A stretch of 32,429 bases of DNA from the IMG/VR virus record IMGVR_UViG_3300032239_000837, positions 1 to 32,429 of that record; one strand, given 5' to 3'. Source of the stretch: a virus (lineage: Duplodnaviria > Caudoviricetes). Shown piece after piece: positions 1-9,789 of this stretch (positions are counted from its first letter, which is position 1; each line of letters begins with the position of its first letter). Below the pieces are notes generated by a model. It was given only the letters and a program-made list of their open reading frames with translations. It was not told the origin of the DNA and did no database searches. The position numbers and the translations under genes were made by a program.

Positions 1-3000
1 CAAAACGTCTCTATCGTTAGTTTTTCAGTCACAACCTCTGGCCCACACCCTCCGATCTTCTCTTTGGCTGGCTGGTTGGCTGGAAACGAGCTTCCGTCGC
101 CTTTGGTGGCAAATACGACGTATTTCTTGAGGCAGCCAACCACTGGCGTGCTTCAAGTTTACGCTGGGATCAATGATGCTCGAAACGAGATCAATCCGGT
201 GCTTTTGACTGGATCCAGCGGCGATTTTACGATGTACCCGCGCAAGCAGCTTGCTCCGGAGACAAAGATGGTCTTCACGTCGGCCCATGGGTACATCAAT
301 GGAGACACTGTGCAGGCGTTTACGAATGGCGGAACGCTTCCACAGCCGCTTATTGCTGGCCAGAATTACTACGTCCACGTTCTCGACGAGGATCCGCCTG
401 CGGTCACGTTGCATACGAACTATTCAGACGCTTTATCGGGCACGAGCCCCATCAACCTTATCACCGCTGGCATAGGTCAAAATTCAATTGCAAAACTGTT
501 GCAAGCTACTGCAAGTCCGGGGGTTAAGAATAATATCAGTGTGTCAGGACTGAATCTTCCGGCCGTTACTGGCGGAGGAACGGTCGCTACAGCTCAGGTG
601 ACCGGCCCCGTCACGACTGTGACGCTTGCGACGACCGGCGGCGGCTACACAGCGGCTACTGCGACGCTTTCAGATGTTGGCGGATACAAATACAGCGTAC
701 CGCCGTCTGTTTTGATTCAGGGAGGGAACCCGACAATCACAGCAACTGCGCTGGCTTCGATTGTTACGGATGCTGCGACCAATTACGGGTTCGTGAATAA
801 CATCACGATGACAAATTCTGGTCAGGGATATGATTCTGCAAATCCTCCGACCGTTGTATTTTCTGGCGGCCTTTTGTCTGGAGGAGTGGTTCCAAACGCT
901 GTTCCGGTCATCAGCCGAGGGCTTCCAATTGGCGACCTCCCGTCATCTTACATCCTGACAAGTGGCAGTGGTTGGACGGTTGGAAATCAGCTTATCTTTG
1001 CCGACAATAACGGGGCTGGAACAGGCGCAATTGCGTCAGTTAAGGCGATCAACGGCTCTGGAGGCGTTACGTCGGTCAATATTGCCAAGTCTGGTGGTGG
1101 ATACACAAATCCGTCGGTGGCTGGCATCCTGATGACTCCAATCGTGCTGACATACACGAGCGTCGGATCCACCACAAACGGATCCACGTCAAAAATACTG
1201 ATCACAACGTCGTCAAACTCGAACGGGATCGACGTGCTTGGCGGAGTCGCTGTTTCTTCCGTTGGCGTGGCGACCACAACTGCGCTGGCAACCGCGCTGG
1301 CGACTGCAATCACGTCAAAAGCAGCCTCCACTGGATTTGCAGCCGCTGCTTCTGGCGCAAACGTGACAATCACTCCAACCCTGACGCTGACGGTCAATGC
1401 AATCGGAGCTGCTACTGACAAAATCAACACGCTAAACGTCACAACCCTGAGCAACACTACAGGACTGACGTCGGCCGCGATTGACCTTCTTGGGTCAACC
1501 CCAATCACAACATCGCAGGCAAACAACGTGGCTTTGGCGACTGCTATTGTGGCTGGCATCAATGCCAAGACGAGCGTCCATAACTACACTGCTTCAAACG
1601 TCTCCGGAACAAGCGCGGTCATCACCATTATCCCGCCATCAGGCGCATTGGTGAACCAATTCTATGGAGGCGTGACGGGAACAAACTCGCTGACGTATTC
1701 GACGCCTGTTTATCCGCTCGCTTTATTGCCCACGTTCTCTGGATCTCCGGCTCCGACCGCAAACTATGCGGTTCAACCTTCGTTTAACGCCCCGCTGACC
1801 ACTACTGGCGTTGTTTCTGCGATCAACCTGCTGCCATACGGAACCGGAGCGACAATGAGCGTTTCGGTGAACTCTATTTCAACGCAGATCAACGGGGTAA
1901 ACCTCACCGCGACTGGATCCGGCTACTTGTACCCTCCGAGGATCACAATATCCGCACCAAACTCGACGTACCCTCAAATTCAAGTCACAGCGGCCGGTGC
2001 TGGCGGAGCGGTTATCAATAGCATCACCGCCAAAACAAAAGACGGGGCAACTACGGCAAATCTGCTTAATGCAAACATCACGAACTCATCGTCTCCGTCT
2101 GTAGCAGAGGTTGTGAGTGGGCTTGTCACTCAAATCAACGCAAAGACAGGCACAACCGGCTACAGCGCGTATGTGTCCCCTGCCAGCTCAGACACAATTG
2201 TCGTCGTTCCTCCCTTAGGAGTTACGGTTTTATCGTTCAATAACGCAAACTCAGGGACGTCCCCATATCAGTCTTTGACAAGCATCATTCCGTCTACTGC
2301 CACCGCGTACAGTCAAATCACGACGTCGTTTGTGACAGGATACACAATTGCAAATTCAGGAGCAGGATACACAGCGGCACCGGCCGTTAACATCTCAGGC
2401 GGCGGCGGAACAGGTGCCACAGCGACGGCTGTGATCGACAAATTTGGAATTGGAAACGTCAATGTGCTTACAGGCGGGACTGGGTATCCGAACACGCTGA
2501 CGTGCGCTATCACCGACTCAAACGGCGGGACGGGCACAGGAGCCGCTGCAAACGTGGTTGTGTCTGGAGGGGTAATTACGGCCATTGTAGTGACCTCTCA
2601 TGGGCGAGGATACGCAAACCCAGTGATCACGTTTACTGACCCGACCGGATCATCTGGATGGCCGACTACACCGGCCACCTTTGCGTTTACTTTCACCGGA
2701 GTTGTGACGAACATCAACGTGGTGACGGAGGGCACCGGCTACACTTCGACTCCTACGGTTTCTATTCAGCCTTCGACTGGCGTGTTTGTGCAGTTCTCGT
2801 CAACAGGAACTCTTCCCGCGCCACTTGTGCAGGGGAACACATACAGGGCCGAGAACCCAAGCTCTGGGTCTACGTTTACCGTAAAAAACAACGACTTTTC
2901 CGACGTTAACATCACGTCTACTGGGAGCGGCACAATCTACCTCGTTCTTTCGCGTGCTTTTTCCATTGGATTTACTGGGTACTGGGCGGGAGCGTTTAAT

Positions 3001-4176
3001 GGGTTCGCGCAGTCAGCTATCAGGTTGCAAACAGACTATCAGTTGCCGCTCACTTCTCCCACAACGGACGGGACAACGCAGTACTACCTGCAAAAGGTCA
3101 ACAATACCCGCGCAAACATCTACACGACGTACCAGAACTACACCTTCTCTGGGCGAGTAACTCCAACACAATTGGGCGTCGGGCAGGCTTACTATGCGAT
3201 TCCCACTAGAACGTATGGATCCGTTTATTTGAACCGGATCCTGCCTTCGAGTGTTGAGTATTTGCAGAACGGAATGAGTGTCAGCTTTACGTCTTCAAGC
3301 GGCACTTTGCCAGCTCCGTTGTCGCCAGCTCCGGCCTCGTATCAAATTGCCATTTCTGGGGATTATGTGACGTTAAAAGACCAATTTGGCGGAGACGTTG
3401 TGTTCAGTAATCTTGGGAACAGTCAATTGAGCATGAACGTAGTCCGCGTGTTTGGGCCAGACGCGTCGGAATCAATTATCGTGGACAATTGCGTGTTTGA
3501 AACTGGCGATGCTGTGACCGTTAGGGCGGTTGCCGGTGATACTTTGCCGAGCCCGCTCATCCCGTCGAGTTACGCAAGCCCAATGACCTATTACGTCCGG
3601 AGAATTGGCCAAAACACGTTTGAGCTTTATTTCACAAAGGCAGATGCAATTGCAAAAACTACGCCATTCACTCCAATTTTTTACACCTCCACAGGCAACA
3701 CGATCACTTCGACGTTTTTCGTTGATTCAATCAAAGAGCCTACGCTTGTAAAAAGCGTCTTGCACGTTGAGAAGCCTCTGACAATTGGGTACGTCAGCCT
3801 GTACGCGTTTGACTACGGCCGAAGCAACGATATGGCGTTGATTGGCCAGTATCATCCGGCCGAAATGAACCCAAAATATCGCAGGATCCGAATTGGGAAA
3901 CCATGCGCTTGGGTGCGGATGGCTTACAAGCCAAAGCCGACCGAGGTGCAGAGCGAGCAAGACTACGTTCCAATCGAAAACGAGCGGGCCATCATTGCCG
4001 CAATGCACGCGATTGATTTGGAGGATAAAGACTTCATGGAGCAAGCCCAGAAGTATTGGCAGCTCGCCTTTGGTTATTTGAGAACCGAATCCGAGAACAT
4101 GGACGGCCATTCAATGCAGCCGCCTCAGATCAACAACATCACATACGGAGACGGAACTGATCCCGTCATGTTTTAA
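1..4176 (+). CDS. Large virion structural protein, 5'-truncated: tail-appendage repeats with a C-terminus resembling a head-tail adaptor/tail tubular A
   Basis: Frame 1 is open from base 1, so TTG at 64 is probably not the start. Thr/Gly/Ser-rich; about 10 GxGY repeats; about 6 TLPxPL...YY modules; helical C-terminus (YRRIRI...AQKYWQLAFGYLRTE); lies directly before the nozzle-like gene. Confidence 0.7.
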   Translation, partial: QNVSIVSFSVTTSGPHPPIFSLAGWLAGNELPSPLVANTTYFLRQPTTGVLQVYAGINDARNEINPVLLTGSSGDFTMYPRKQLAPETKMVFTSAHGYINGDTVQAFTNGGTLPQPLIAGQNYYVHVLDEDPPAVTLHTNYSDALSGTSPINLITAGIGQNSIAKLLQATASPGVKNNISVSGLNLPAVTGGGTVATAQVTGPVTTVTLATTGGGYTAATATLSDVGGYKYSVPPSVLIQGGNPTITATALASIVTDAATNYGFVNNITMTNSGQGYDSANPPTVVFSGGLLSGGVVPNAVPVISRGLPIGDLPSSYILTSGSGWTVGNQLIFADNNGAGTGAIASVKAINGSGGVTSVNIAKSGGGYTNPSVAGILMTPIVLTYTSVGSTTNGSTSKILITTSSNSNGIDVLGGVAVSSVGVATTTALATALATAITSKAASTGFAAAASGANVTITPTLTLTVNAIGAATDKINTLNVTTLSNTTGLTSAAIDLLGSTPITTSQANNVALATAIVAGINAKTSVHNYTASNVSGTSAVITIIPPSGALVNQFYGGVTGTNSLTYSTPVYPLALLPTFSGSPAPTANYAVQPSFNAPLTTTGVVSAINLLPYGTGATMSVSVNSISTQINGVNLTATGSGYLYPPRITISAPNSTYPQIQVTAAGAGGAVINSITAKTKDGATTANLLNANITNSSSPSVAEVVSGLVTQINAKTGTTGYSAYVSPASSDTIVVVPPLGVTVLSFNNANSGTSPYQSLTSIIPSTATAYSQITTSFVTGYTIANSGAGYTAAPAVNISGGGGTGATATAVIDKFGIGNVNVLTGGTGYPNTLTCAITDSNGGTGTGAAANVVVSGGVITAIVVTSHGRGYANPVITFTDPTGSSGWPTTPATFAFTFTGVVTNINVVTEGTGYTSTPTVSIQPSTGVFVQFSSTGTLPAPLVQGNTYRAENPSSGSTFTVKNNDFSDVNITSTGSGTIYLVLSRAFSIGFTGYWAGAFNGFAQSAIRLQTDYQLPLTSPTTDGTTQYYLQKVNNTRANIYTTYQNYTFSGRVTPTQLGVGQAYYAIPTRTYGSVYLNRILPSSVEYLQNGMSVSFTSSSGTLPAPLSPAPASYQIAISGDYVTLKDQFGGDVVFSNLGNSQLSMNVVRVFGPDASESIIVDNCVFETGDAVTVRAVAGDTLPSPLIPSSYASPMTYYVRRIGQNTFELYFTKADAIAKTTPFTPIFYTSTGNTITSTFFVDSIKEPTLVKSVLHVEKPLTIGYVSLYAFDYGRSNDMALIGQYHPAEMNPKYRRIRIGKPCAWVRMAYKPKPTEVQSEQDYVPIENERAIIAAMHAIDLEDKDFMEQAQKYWQLAFGYLRTESENMDGHSMQPPQINNITYGDGTDPVMF

Positions 4177-4178
4177 GG

Positions 4179-6332
4179 ATGAAAAGCCCAAACATAACGT
4201 CGGGCAGGGCGCAAAAAGCGTCTGCTGGGTGGATGCATGGCGTCAATTCCGTCAGGCATCCATGGACGTTGCCTGAAGATCAGTTTAAGTGGGGCCAAAA
4301 TATCACCGTCAGGGGCGGCGTTGCTCAAACCCGATCTGGGTTCTCTATGCGGCTCAGTTTGCCGTCTGGTAACTTTCAGGGGGGCATCATATTCAACGCA
4401 AACAAACAGGCCCAAGCGGCCAGCTCTATCGTGAATCCCTCTGGGGTTCGCGTTTATCAGCAGGCGACCATTTATACTCCTGAGGGCACAGAATCGGCGG
4501 AAACCGAGCTTTCCTACCTGCTTTTCGCCGTTTCTGGAAAAGTGTACTACGCCCCGTTTCCGTTGACACAGCCAAAGCACTGGGGGGACTTTCAATTGAG
4601 CGGAATATCGCTCGATGCAAACGTAAACCGAGTAAACTTTGTGCTGGCGACGCAGTCTGCCCAAACCTCGTCCGGAGGCGACACTACCATCACTCCATCT
4701 CACCGTATTGTCGTAATTCAAGACGGCGTGGGTCGCCCTGCATGGTGGGATGGATCCAACAAGCAGGGGAGCCAAGTGTCCGACATTCCTTTGGGATTCT
4801 GGATGGCGTTTTCTGGCCAGCGGTTGTGGGTGGCAAACGGAAACATCATTTCAGCGTCCGATCTGGCAAACCCGTTAGGTTGGAAAGAACGCACAACTGG
4901 TTCAGGCAGAGGAGATTTTAGCGTCCCAAGACCGGTTACTGCAATGCAGGATTACGTTGGCCAAAACAACGACAGCCGGTTGTATGTGTTCACCGACCGA
5001 GCAACTTATTCTTTGGCGAGCGGCATCTTGGACAGGGCTCAGTGGGTAAACACAGCAAACTTTCAGAACGTGCTTTATCCGACCATCGGATGCATTGCGG
5101 GGAAGTCGATTGCGTTTCAAGCCGGTATGATGTGGTGGTACAGCGTTGGCGGACTTGTGTCTGCTGACGTTGCCGCGTCTTCTTACCTGTCATCACAGGT
5201 GCTTTACAAAGATATTGAAATGGCAAAGGCCAAGAGGCTCATGGCGGCCGATTTAAGCGGTATTTGCAGCGTCGCATTTGAGAACTACCTACTGTGCTCT
5301 GTGCCATACCTCGAACCGCTGAATTCCGTCACTATGGCCCTCGATTACGCCGCTGCGTCCGAGTGGAACCAGTCTCGCTCACCGGCATGGGCTGGCGTTT
5401 GGACTGGAATCAGGCCAATAGAGTGGGTTTCCGGCGTGATTGGGAACGAGCCACGCGTGTTTGCGCTTTCCGTTGATTACGGGGCCACAAACGACGGCTC
5501 TTTCAACCACGTTTGGGAGGCATTTCAGCCTCACAAGTACGACACTTACCTGAATATCAAGCAGGATGGCTCCACCGAGGAGTTAATCAACCGAATCTAC
5601 TGCCAGATGGAGACGGCGTTGCTTGGTGACGGAATGGATTTTAAGCAACTCGTGTACGGGGAGCTGGACTGCTCCCAGATCGCGGGAACTGTAGACGTCA
5701 AAGTGTCCTATCGTGGGCTTAAAGGCACTTATCAGCAAATCCTCAACACGAGGCTTCTCGCGGCCACAGACAGCTACCAGTACAAGACAAACATTCACGC
5801 CCCAGAGATCGACGCTCTTGGCTTTCTTCAAAGCCAGCACAGACGTCTTGTCACCGAGTCGGTAAACGCAACTTCCTCTCCAAAATCGTGCGAATCTGAC
5901 CTGTTGCTAAATATCGACAAAGCGTTTTCGTTTTTGATCGAATGGTGCGGGAGCTTGGGAATTGAAAGCATCCGAATGTTTCAAGACCCATGGCAGGACA
6001 AGAGCACCGGCCTTATCTCAAATCCGGAAACGCAGTACTGCACGCTTGGCGAAGACGGATCTACGGTTCAGGTCTTTTTGCCTCCGGCACCAAAAGAAAA
6101 CCCAGACACTCAAGCCACTGTTTGGTTCTCGACGCAGACTTTCACCGCTGTGAACAGTTGCCCCGCCGGAACTATCGATTCTCCGCCGGTTGCGGCCACA
6201 GCTACAGCGTCTGCGACGTCTTACATTTCGCAAGAGGACGCAAACGCTCAGGCTCTGGCAAAGGCGACGGCCGAAGCTCAGGTTGCTGCTCAAAATTACC
6301 GCTTGGCGCACCCATGCGGCCCAATTGCATAG
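4179..6332 (+). CDS. Tail nozzle/stabilisation protein (tail tubular B / P22 gp10-like) with a C-terminal Cys-flanked extension
   Basis: 717 aa; beta-rich with propeller-like strands (MAFSGQRLWVA..IISASDL; RLYVFTDRATY; GCIAGKSI); position after the adaptor-like gene; C-terminal SYISQEDANAQA segment. Confidence 0.7.
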   Translation: MKSPNITSGRAQKASAGWMHGVNSVRHPWTLPEDQFKWGQNITVRGGVAQTRSGFSMRLSLPSGNFQGGIIFNANKQAQAASSIVNPSGVRVYQQATIYTPEGTESAETELSYLLFAVSGKVYYAPFPLTQPKHWGDFQLSGISLDANVNRVNFVLATQSAQTSSGGDTTITPSHRIVVIQDGVGRPAWWDGSNKQGSQVSDIPLGFWMAFSGQRLWVANGNIISASDLANPLGWKERTTGSGRGDFSVPRPVTAMQDYVGQNNDSRLYVFTDRATYSLASGILDRAQWVNTANFQNVLYPTIGCIAGKSIAFQAGMMWWYSVGGLVSADVAASSYLSSQVLYKDIEMAKAKRLMAADLSGICSVAFENYLLCSVPYLEPLNSVTMALDYAAASEWNQSRSPAWAGVWTGIRPIEWVSGVIGNEPRVFALSVDYGATNDGSFNHVWEAFQPHKYDTYLNIKQDGSTEELINRIYCQMETALLGDGMDFKQLVYGELDCSQIAGTVDVKVSYRGLKGTYQQILNTRLLAATDSYQYKTNIHAPEIDALGFLQSQHRRLVTESVNATSSPKSCESDLLLNIDKAFSFLIEWCGSLGIESIRMFQDPWQDKSTGLISNPETQYCTLGEDGSTVQVFLPPAPKENPDTQATVWFSTQTFTAVNSCPAGTIDSPPVAATATASATSYISQEDANAQALAKATAEAQVAAQNYRLAHPCGPIA

Positions 6333-6334
6333 CC

Positions 6335-6577
6335 ATGCCATCCATCGTCACAGCGTCAAAGCCGGTCACCAGCTTCCCGAACCTTTACATCTCCCCATAC
6401 GGGAACGATGGCGTGATTCCTTTGTACTCCAGCATCCCGATCAACAATCAGACCGAGGGGCAGTGCTTGCCATGCGTCGTTTGCGGAAACTCCACCGTCC
6501 GCGCAAAAGTGATTGTCGCCGAAGCCTCAAAATCCCAGTCGCAAATTGACGACAAGCTGACCATCGGGGTATTCTAG
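6335..6577 (+). CDS. Small hypothetical virion-associated protein, 80 aa, with a CxxCxxC motif
   Basis: ATG two bases after the upstream TAG (TAGCCATG); MPSIVTAS...CLPCVVCG; fills the gap between neighbours. Confidence 0.7.
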   Translation: MPSIVTASKPVTSFPNLYISPYGNDGVIPLYSSIPINNQTEGQCLPCVVCGNSTVRAKVIVAEASKSQSQIDDKLTIGVF

Positions 6578-6582
6578 CTCAT

Positions 6583-6969
6583 ATGCATACATCCATAAAT
6601 TACAAGCGCGTTTATGCCGGAACTCCGGAAATGGAGCAAATTCAGGCATTCGCACGTTCATTTGACCATGAGATCACGCCTCATCCTAACATTAACGTGT
6701 ATGCACACTATCGGGATGACCAGTTGTTTGGCTATTCCGACCATGTTTTCATTCCTACCGTTTATCCCGCATTTCACCCAGAATTTACGCGTCCTAGAGA
6801 CGTTTTAAGAGTGATGGCAGACTGGAAAATGTTCTGCCAATTGTCTGGAAATGTCGGATACATTGCCGTTCCGTCAAATAACGACAACGGGATTGGAAAT
6901 TTTCCAGAAGAAGTCATGCAAAAGATAGGACTAACCAAGCTCAATAGAGAGCTGTACTGGCCAGAATAA
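6583..6969 (+). CDS. Putative GNAT-fold protein (position analogous to T7 gp13-like genes)
   Basis: 128 aa alpha/beta pattern ending VMQKIGLTK, like the GNAT 'xxKxGF' motif; sits between the nozzle and ejection genes. Confidence 0.45.
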   Translation: MHTSINYKRVYAGTPEMEQIQAFARSFDHEITPHPNINVYAHYRDDQLFGYSDHVFIPTVYPAFHPEFTRPRDVLRVMADWKMFCQLSGNVGYIAVPSNNDNGIGNFPEEVMQKIGLTKLNRELYWPE

Positions 6970-6970
6970 T

Positions 6971-7993
6971 ATGGGCTCTTCCGTCGCACCCTCGAATTAC
7001 ATTTCGCCTCCAGACGTCACGCTTCAAGCTGCCGAACTGGGAATGCAGGCTGACATTGGCCGCCAGCAGGTGGCAAATAAAGACCGTCTGCTGGGGTATG
7101 CGGCACAAATGCCTTTGGAGAGCTGGACGCCCGATATTTGGGGCCAGAGCGGGATGCAAAACAAAGCCGCGCAGATAGCGGCCATCAACTCGTTTAAGTC
7201 GCGCCAGCTTGAACAGCAATTCAACCCTCAAATGGCTCAACTGAGGCAGCAATTGCCACAAATGATGATTGAGGACGCGTCTGGCAACGGCTGGCAGAAG
7301 CAGATGAACGATTGGGCAAAACACGCTGGCCTGACAAAAATGCTGGCGTCTGGGATGCAGGATTCAACGGTCGGGAAGTCTGCGTTTTTTGACGACGCAA
7401 CCATTCAGGGCCAAGCGATGAAACAAGCGCAGATGCAGCGTGCAGCCGCTTTGGTGGGAGCGAACCCCTCGCCTCAGGTTGGTCTCGACGCCGCGTCTAT
7501 TCTGGGCGCAGAGCAGGCCGGTGGTGCTCAGAATCTACAACAGCGTGCAGCATTCCGGAACGCTCTACAGGGCCAGACTCAGGCCGCTGCTCAGGGAACT
7601 ACCGACTGGATCAACAAAATGATGCAGTCCACCAATTCGGCATCCGAGGGATACCGAAAGGACTGGCAGAATTACCAGCAAGCGATGCTCGATGGAGCGC
7701 AGAAAAACGCAGATCGCCAGAACGCTCTTGTTGGCGCGGGCATTCAGGCGGCTGGCTCTATTGCTGGCGGAGCGATGGGAATGTGCTGGGTGGCTCGCGA
7801 GGTGTACGGAACAAAGACAGGAACGTGGAAAGTGTTCCGTTATTGGCTGCTTAACGAGGCTCCTGCGCCAATTCTGAATCTTTACGCAAAATACGGCGAG
7901 CGTGCTGCTGCGTTTATAGCGAATAAACCCACCCTGAAACTGGCGGTCAGGCTTTTGATGGACAAAATCATTCAAACTCAACTTGTTCGATAA
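6971..7993 (+). CDS. Internal virion/ejection protein with a C-terminal CWVAREVYG domain
   Basis: Gln/Ala-rich helical body; Gly/Ala hydrophobic stretch; then CWVAREVYG...FRYWL...LYAKYGER domain (7784-7990); MGSS start. Confidence 0.7.
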   Translation: MGSSVAPSNYISPPDVTLQAAELGMQADIGRQQVANKDRLLGYAAQMPLESWTPDIWGQSGMQNKAAQIAAINSFKSRQLEQQFNPQMAQLRQQLPQMMIEDASGNGWQKQMNDWAKHAGLTKMLASGMQDSTVGKSAFFDDATIQGQAMKQAQMQRAAALVGANPSPQVGLDAASILGAEQAGGAQNLQQRAAFRNALQGQTQAAAQGTTDWINKMMQSTNSASEGYRKDWQNYQQAMLDGAQKNADRQNALVGAGIQAAGSIAGGAMGMCWVAREVYGTKTGTWKVFRYWLLNEAPAPILNLYAKYGERAAAFIANKPTLKLAVRLLMDKIIQTQLVR

Positions 7994-7994
7994 T

Positions 7995-8492
7995 ATGGGA
8001 GGATCCAAAGCAGCCCCGCCGCCACCGGCACCAGACTACACTCCAATGGTGAAGGAGATTCGATTGATGCGTGAGCAGCAGGCGCACGCGTCAGACGACT
8101 CCGCGTTGGTGCAGAGAAAGGCGATGATTGACGCCCAGAACAACGCAGCACAGTTGGGAATGACTCAGTCCAACAACGCGGCGATGCAAGATTTGGCAAG
8201 AATGCAGCAATACCAGCAAACGCTGGACGCCAACGCTCTCGCTCAAAATCAATCGCAGGCGTCTGCAATGGGTCACGACGTTGTCGGAGGGTCTTTTGAC
8301 GTCAATGCGGCAAATCAAGCGAGGCTTGCCAATCTTGCCGGTGCTGCGTCTGCATACACTCCTTCTGTGTACAATTTGGCTGGGTCTAACCTCGATGTTC
8401 CGAACCCAGCAATGGCGTCGGTCGCGAAAAGCGCGGGGGCAAATAAATTCATCATGCCGCAAACTGGAGATCTTAAACTAGGAGGCTACTAA
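7995..8492 (+). CDS. Putative internal virion protein, GG-tail paralog 1
   Basis: TAATATG junction; starts MGGSKAAPPPPAPDY; ends NKFIMPQTGDLKLGGY. Confidence 0.75.
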   Translation: MGGSKAAPPPPAPDYTPMVKEIRLMREQQAHASDDSALVQRKAMIDAQNNAAQLGMTQSNNAAMQDLARMQQYQQTLDANALAQNQSQASAMGHDVVGGSFDVNAANQARLANLAGAASAYTPSVYNLAGSNLDVPNPAMASVAKSAGANKFIMPQTGDLKLGGY

Positions 8493-8493
8493 T

Positions 8494-9222
8494 ATGGGAG
8501 GAGCAGGAAGAGCAATATCGAAGGCGATCCCAAAGGAGATCACCAAAGCTATACCAAAAGAAATCGTTAAAGCGGTTCCTAAAGAAATTGCGCCAGTAAT
8601 GATGGTGACCGCCCCTTTTCTTGGGCCTGTAGGATTAGCTACTGGCGCAATTGGAGCCGCGTCCATGCAAACGCAAGCAAACGCGGCGGAAGCGGCCGCA
8701 AAAGCCAAAGCTGAAGCTGACGCAAAGGCCGCCGCCGACGCTCAGGCCGCTGCTGATGCAAAAGCCGCTGCTGATGCAAAAGCCGCTGCTGATGCAAAAG
8801 CCGCCGCTGACGCCGCTGCTGCTGCTGAAAAGGCGAGACTTGAAAACCAAACGCAGTCCGGAATAAAGGCACCCATCGTCACAACGCCAATGACGAGTAT
8901 GCCTACGGCCATCAGTTCGACCGTAATGCCTACGGTTACACCTCCTCCTAACCTCACTGACCAGCAAATCGCCGGTGGGTACGGGTCTGGAAACTACGTT
9001 TCTGGGAACGCGTCGTCTTCCCTGAATTACGCGCCAACCAGCACGCCTGCATCAACAACGTCGCCAGCAACTGGGCTCGTGAAAGGCGGTGGACAATTAC
9101 AGTACAACACGCAATTGGCAAAACCCAATCCGGCCGCAATGGCAAATGCCAATATCACAGCATCAAACCAGTTTACGCTTCCTTCAATGGAAAACGTAGG
9201 CATCACATTTGGAGGTAACTAA
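8494..9222 (+). CDS. Putative internal virion protein, GG-tail paralog 2
   Basis: MGGAG start; KAIPKEI x3; hydrophobic segment; ADAKAA repeats; ends NQFTLPSMENVGITFGGN. Confidence 0.8.
   Translation: MGGAGRAISKAIPKEITKAIPKEIVKAVPKEIAPVMMVTAPFLGPVGLATGAIGAASMQTQANAAEAAAKAKAEADAKAAADAQAAADAKAAADAKAAADAKAAADAAAAAEKARLENQTQSGIKAPIVTTPMTSMPTAISSTVMPTVTPPPNLTDQQIAGGYGSGNYVSGNASSSLNYAPTSTPASTTSPATGLVKGGGQLQYNTQLAKPNPAAMANANITASNQFTLPSMENVGITFGGN
8746..8799 (+). repeat. In-frame 18-nt tandem repeat GCCGCTGCTGATGCAAAA x3 (AAADAK)
   Basis: Three exact copies with degenerate flanking copies. Confidence 0.9.
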
Positions 9223-9224
9223 AC

Positions 9225-9788
9225 ATGGGCGGAGCAGCAAAATCAGTAGGTCGCTTTGTTTCAAAGGCGATTCCGAAAGAAATAAAAAAGGCCATTCCTA
9301 ACGAAATTGCCAAAGCGGTTCCGAAAGAGATTGCTGGGGCTGTGCCTTTGCTTGGGCCTATTCTCGTTGCTAAAAATTATGACGCCGCTGTGGCGTCAGC
9401 TCAAAAAGCAGCAGATTCCGCCGCCGCAACTCAGGCAACTGCCGATCCTGATGTCGTCGTTCAATCAACTATGGCTGGTGGGGTTCCTCAATCCACCGGA
9501 ATGAAGTCGAATATTGATTCGGCGATCCCAATCATTTCGAGCCCAATTGCCCCTACACTTAACTACAGCACCGGATCTGCTCCGACCTCTTCTGCGCCTG
9601 TTTCAATGACGCAAGTCACAGGCCCATCTCAATACGGCACGACTGCTGGATATACGCCTGTCAATCAAGCAAACCCAGCCGCAATTGCTCAAGCACAGCA
9701 ACAACAACAGCAGGCAGTAAAGCCTGCAAACTCTGCTTCTGGGTTTACGCTCCCAAACACGCAGGGGTTGACATTTGGAGGAAGTTAA
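9225..9788 (+). CDS. Putative internal virion protein, GG-tail paralog 3
   Basis: MGGAA start; KAIP(K/N)EI x3; ends GFTLPNTQGLTFGGS. Confidence 0.8.
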   Translation: MGGAAKSVGRFVSKAIPKEIKKAIPNEIAKAVPKEIAGAVPLLGPILVAKNYDAAVASAQKAADSAAATQATADPDVVVQSTMAGGVPQSTGMKSNIDSAIPIISSPIAPTLNYSTGSAPTSSAPVSMTQVTGPSQYGTTAGYTPVNQANPAAIAQAQQQQQQAVKPANSASGFTLPNTQGLTFGGS

Positions 9789-9789
9789 T

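Noticed and set aside
25-38. 14-nt match TCAGTCACAACCTC with 30670-30683, as an att site or terminal repeat
   Set aside because: One or two 14-mer matches are expected by chance in 32 kb, and the flanks do not extend.
64-66. TTG start for the first ORF
   Set aside because: The frame is open back to base 1, so the gene probably begins upstream of the window.
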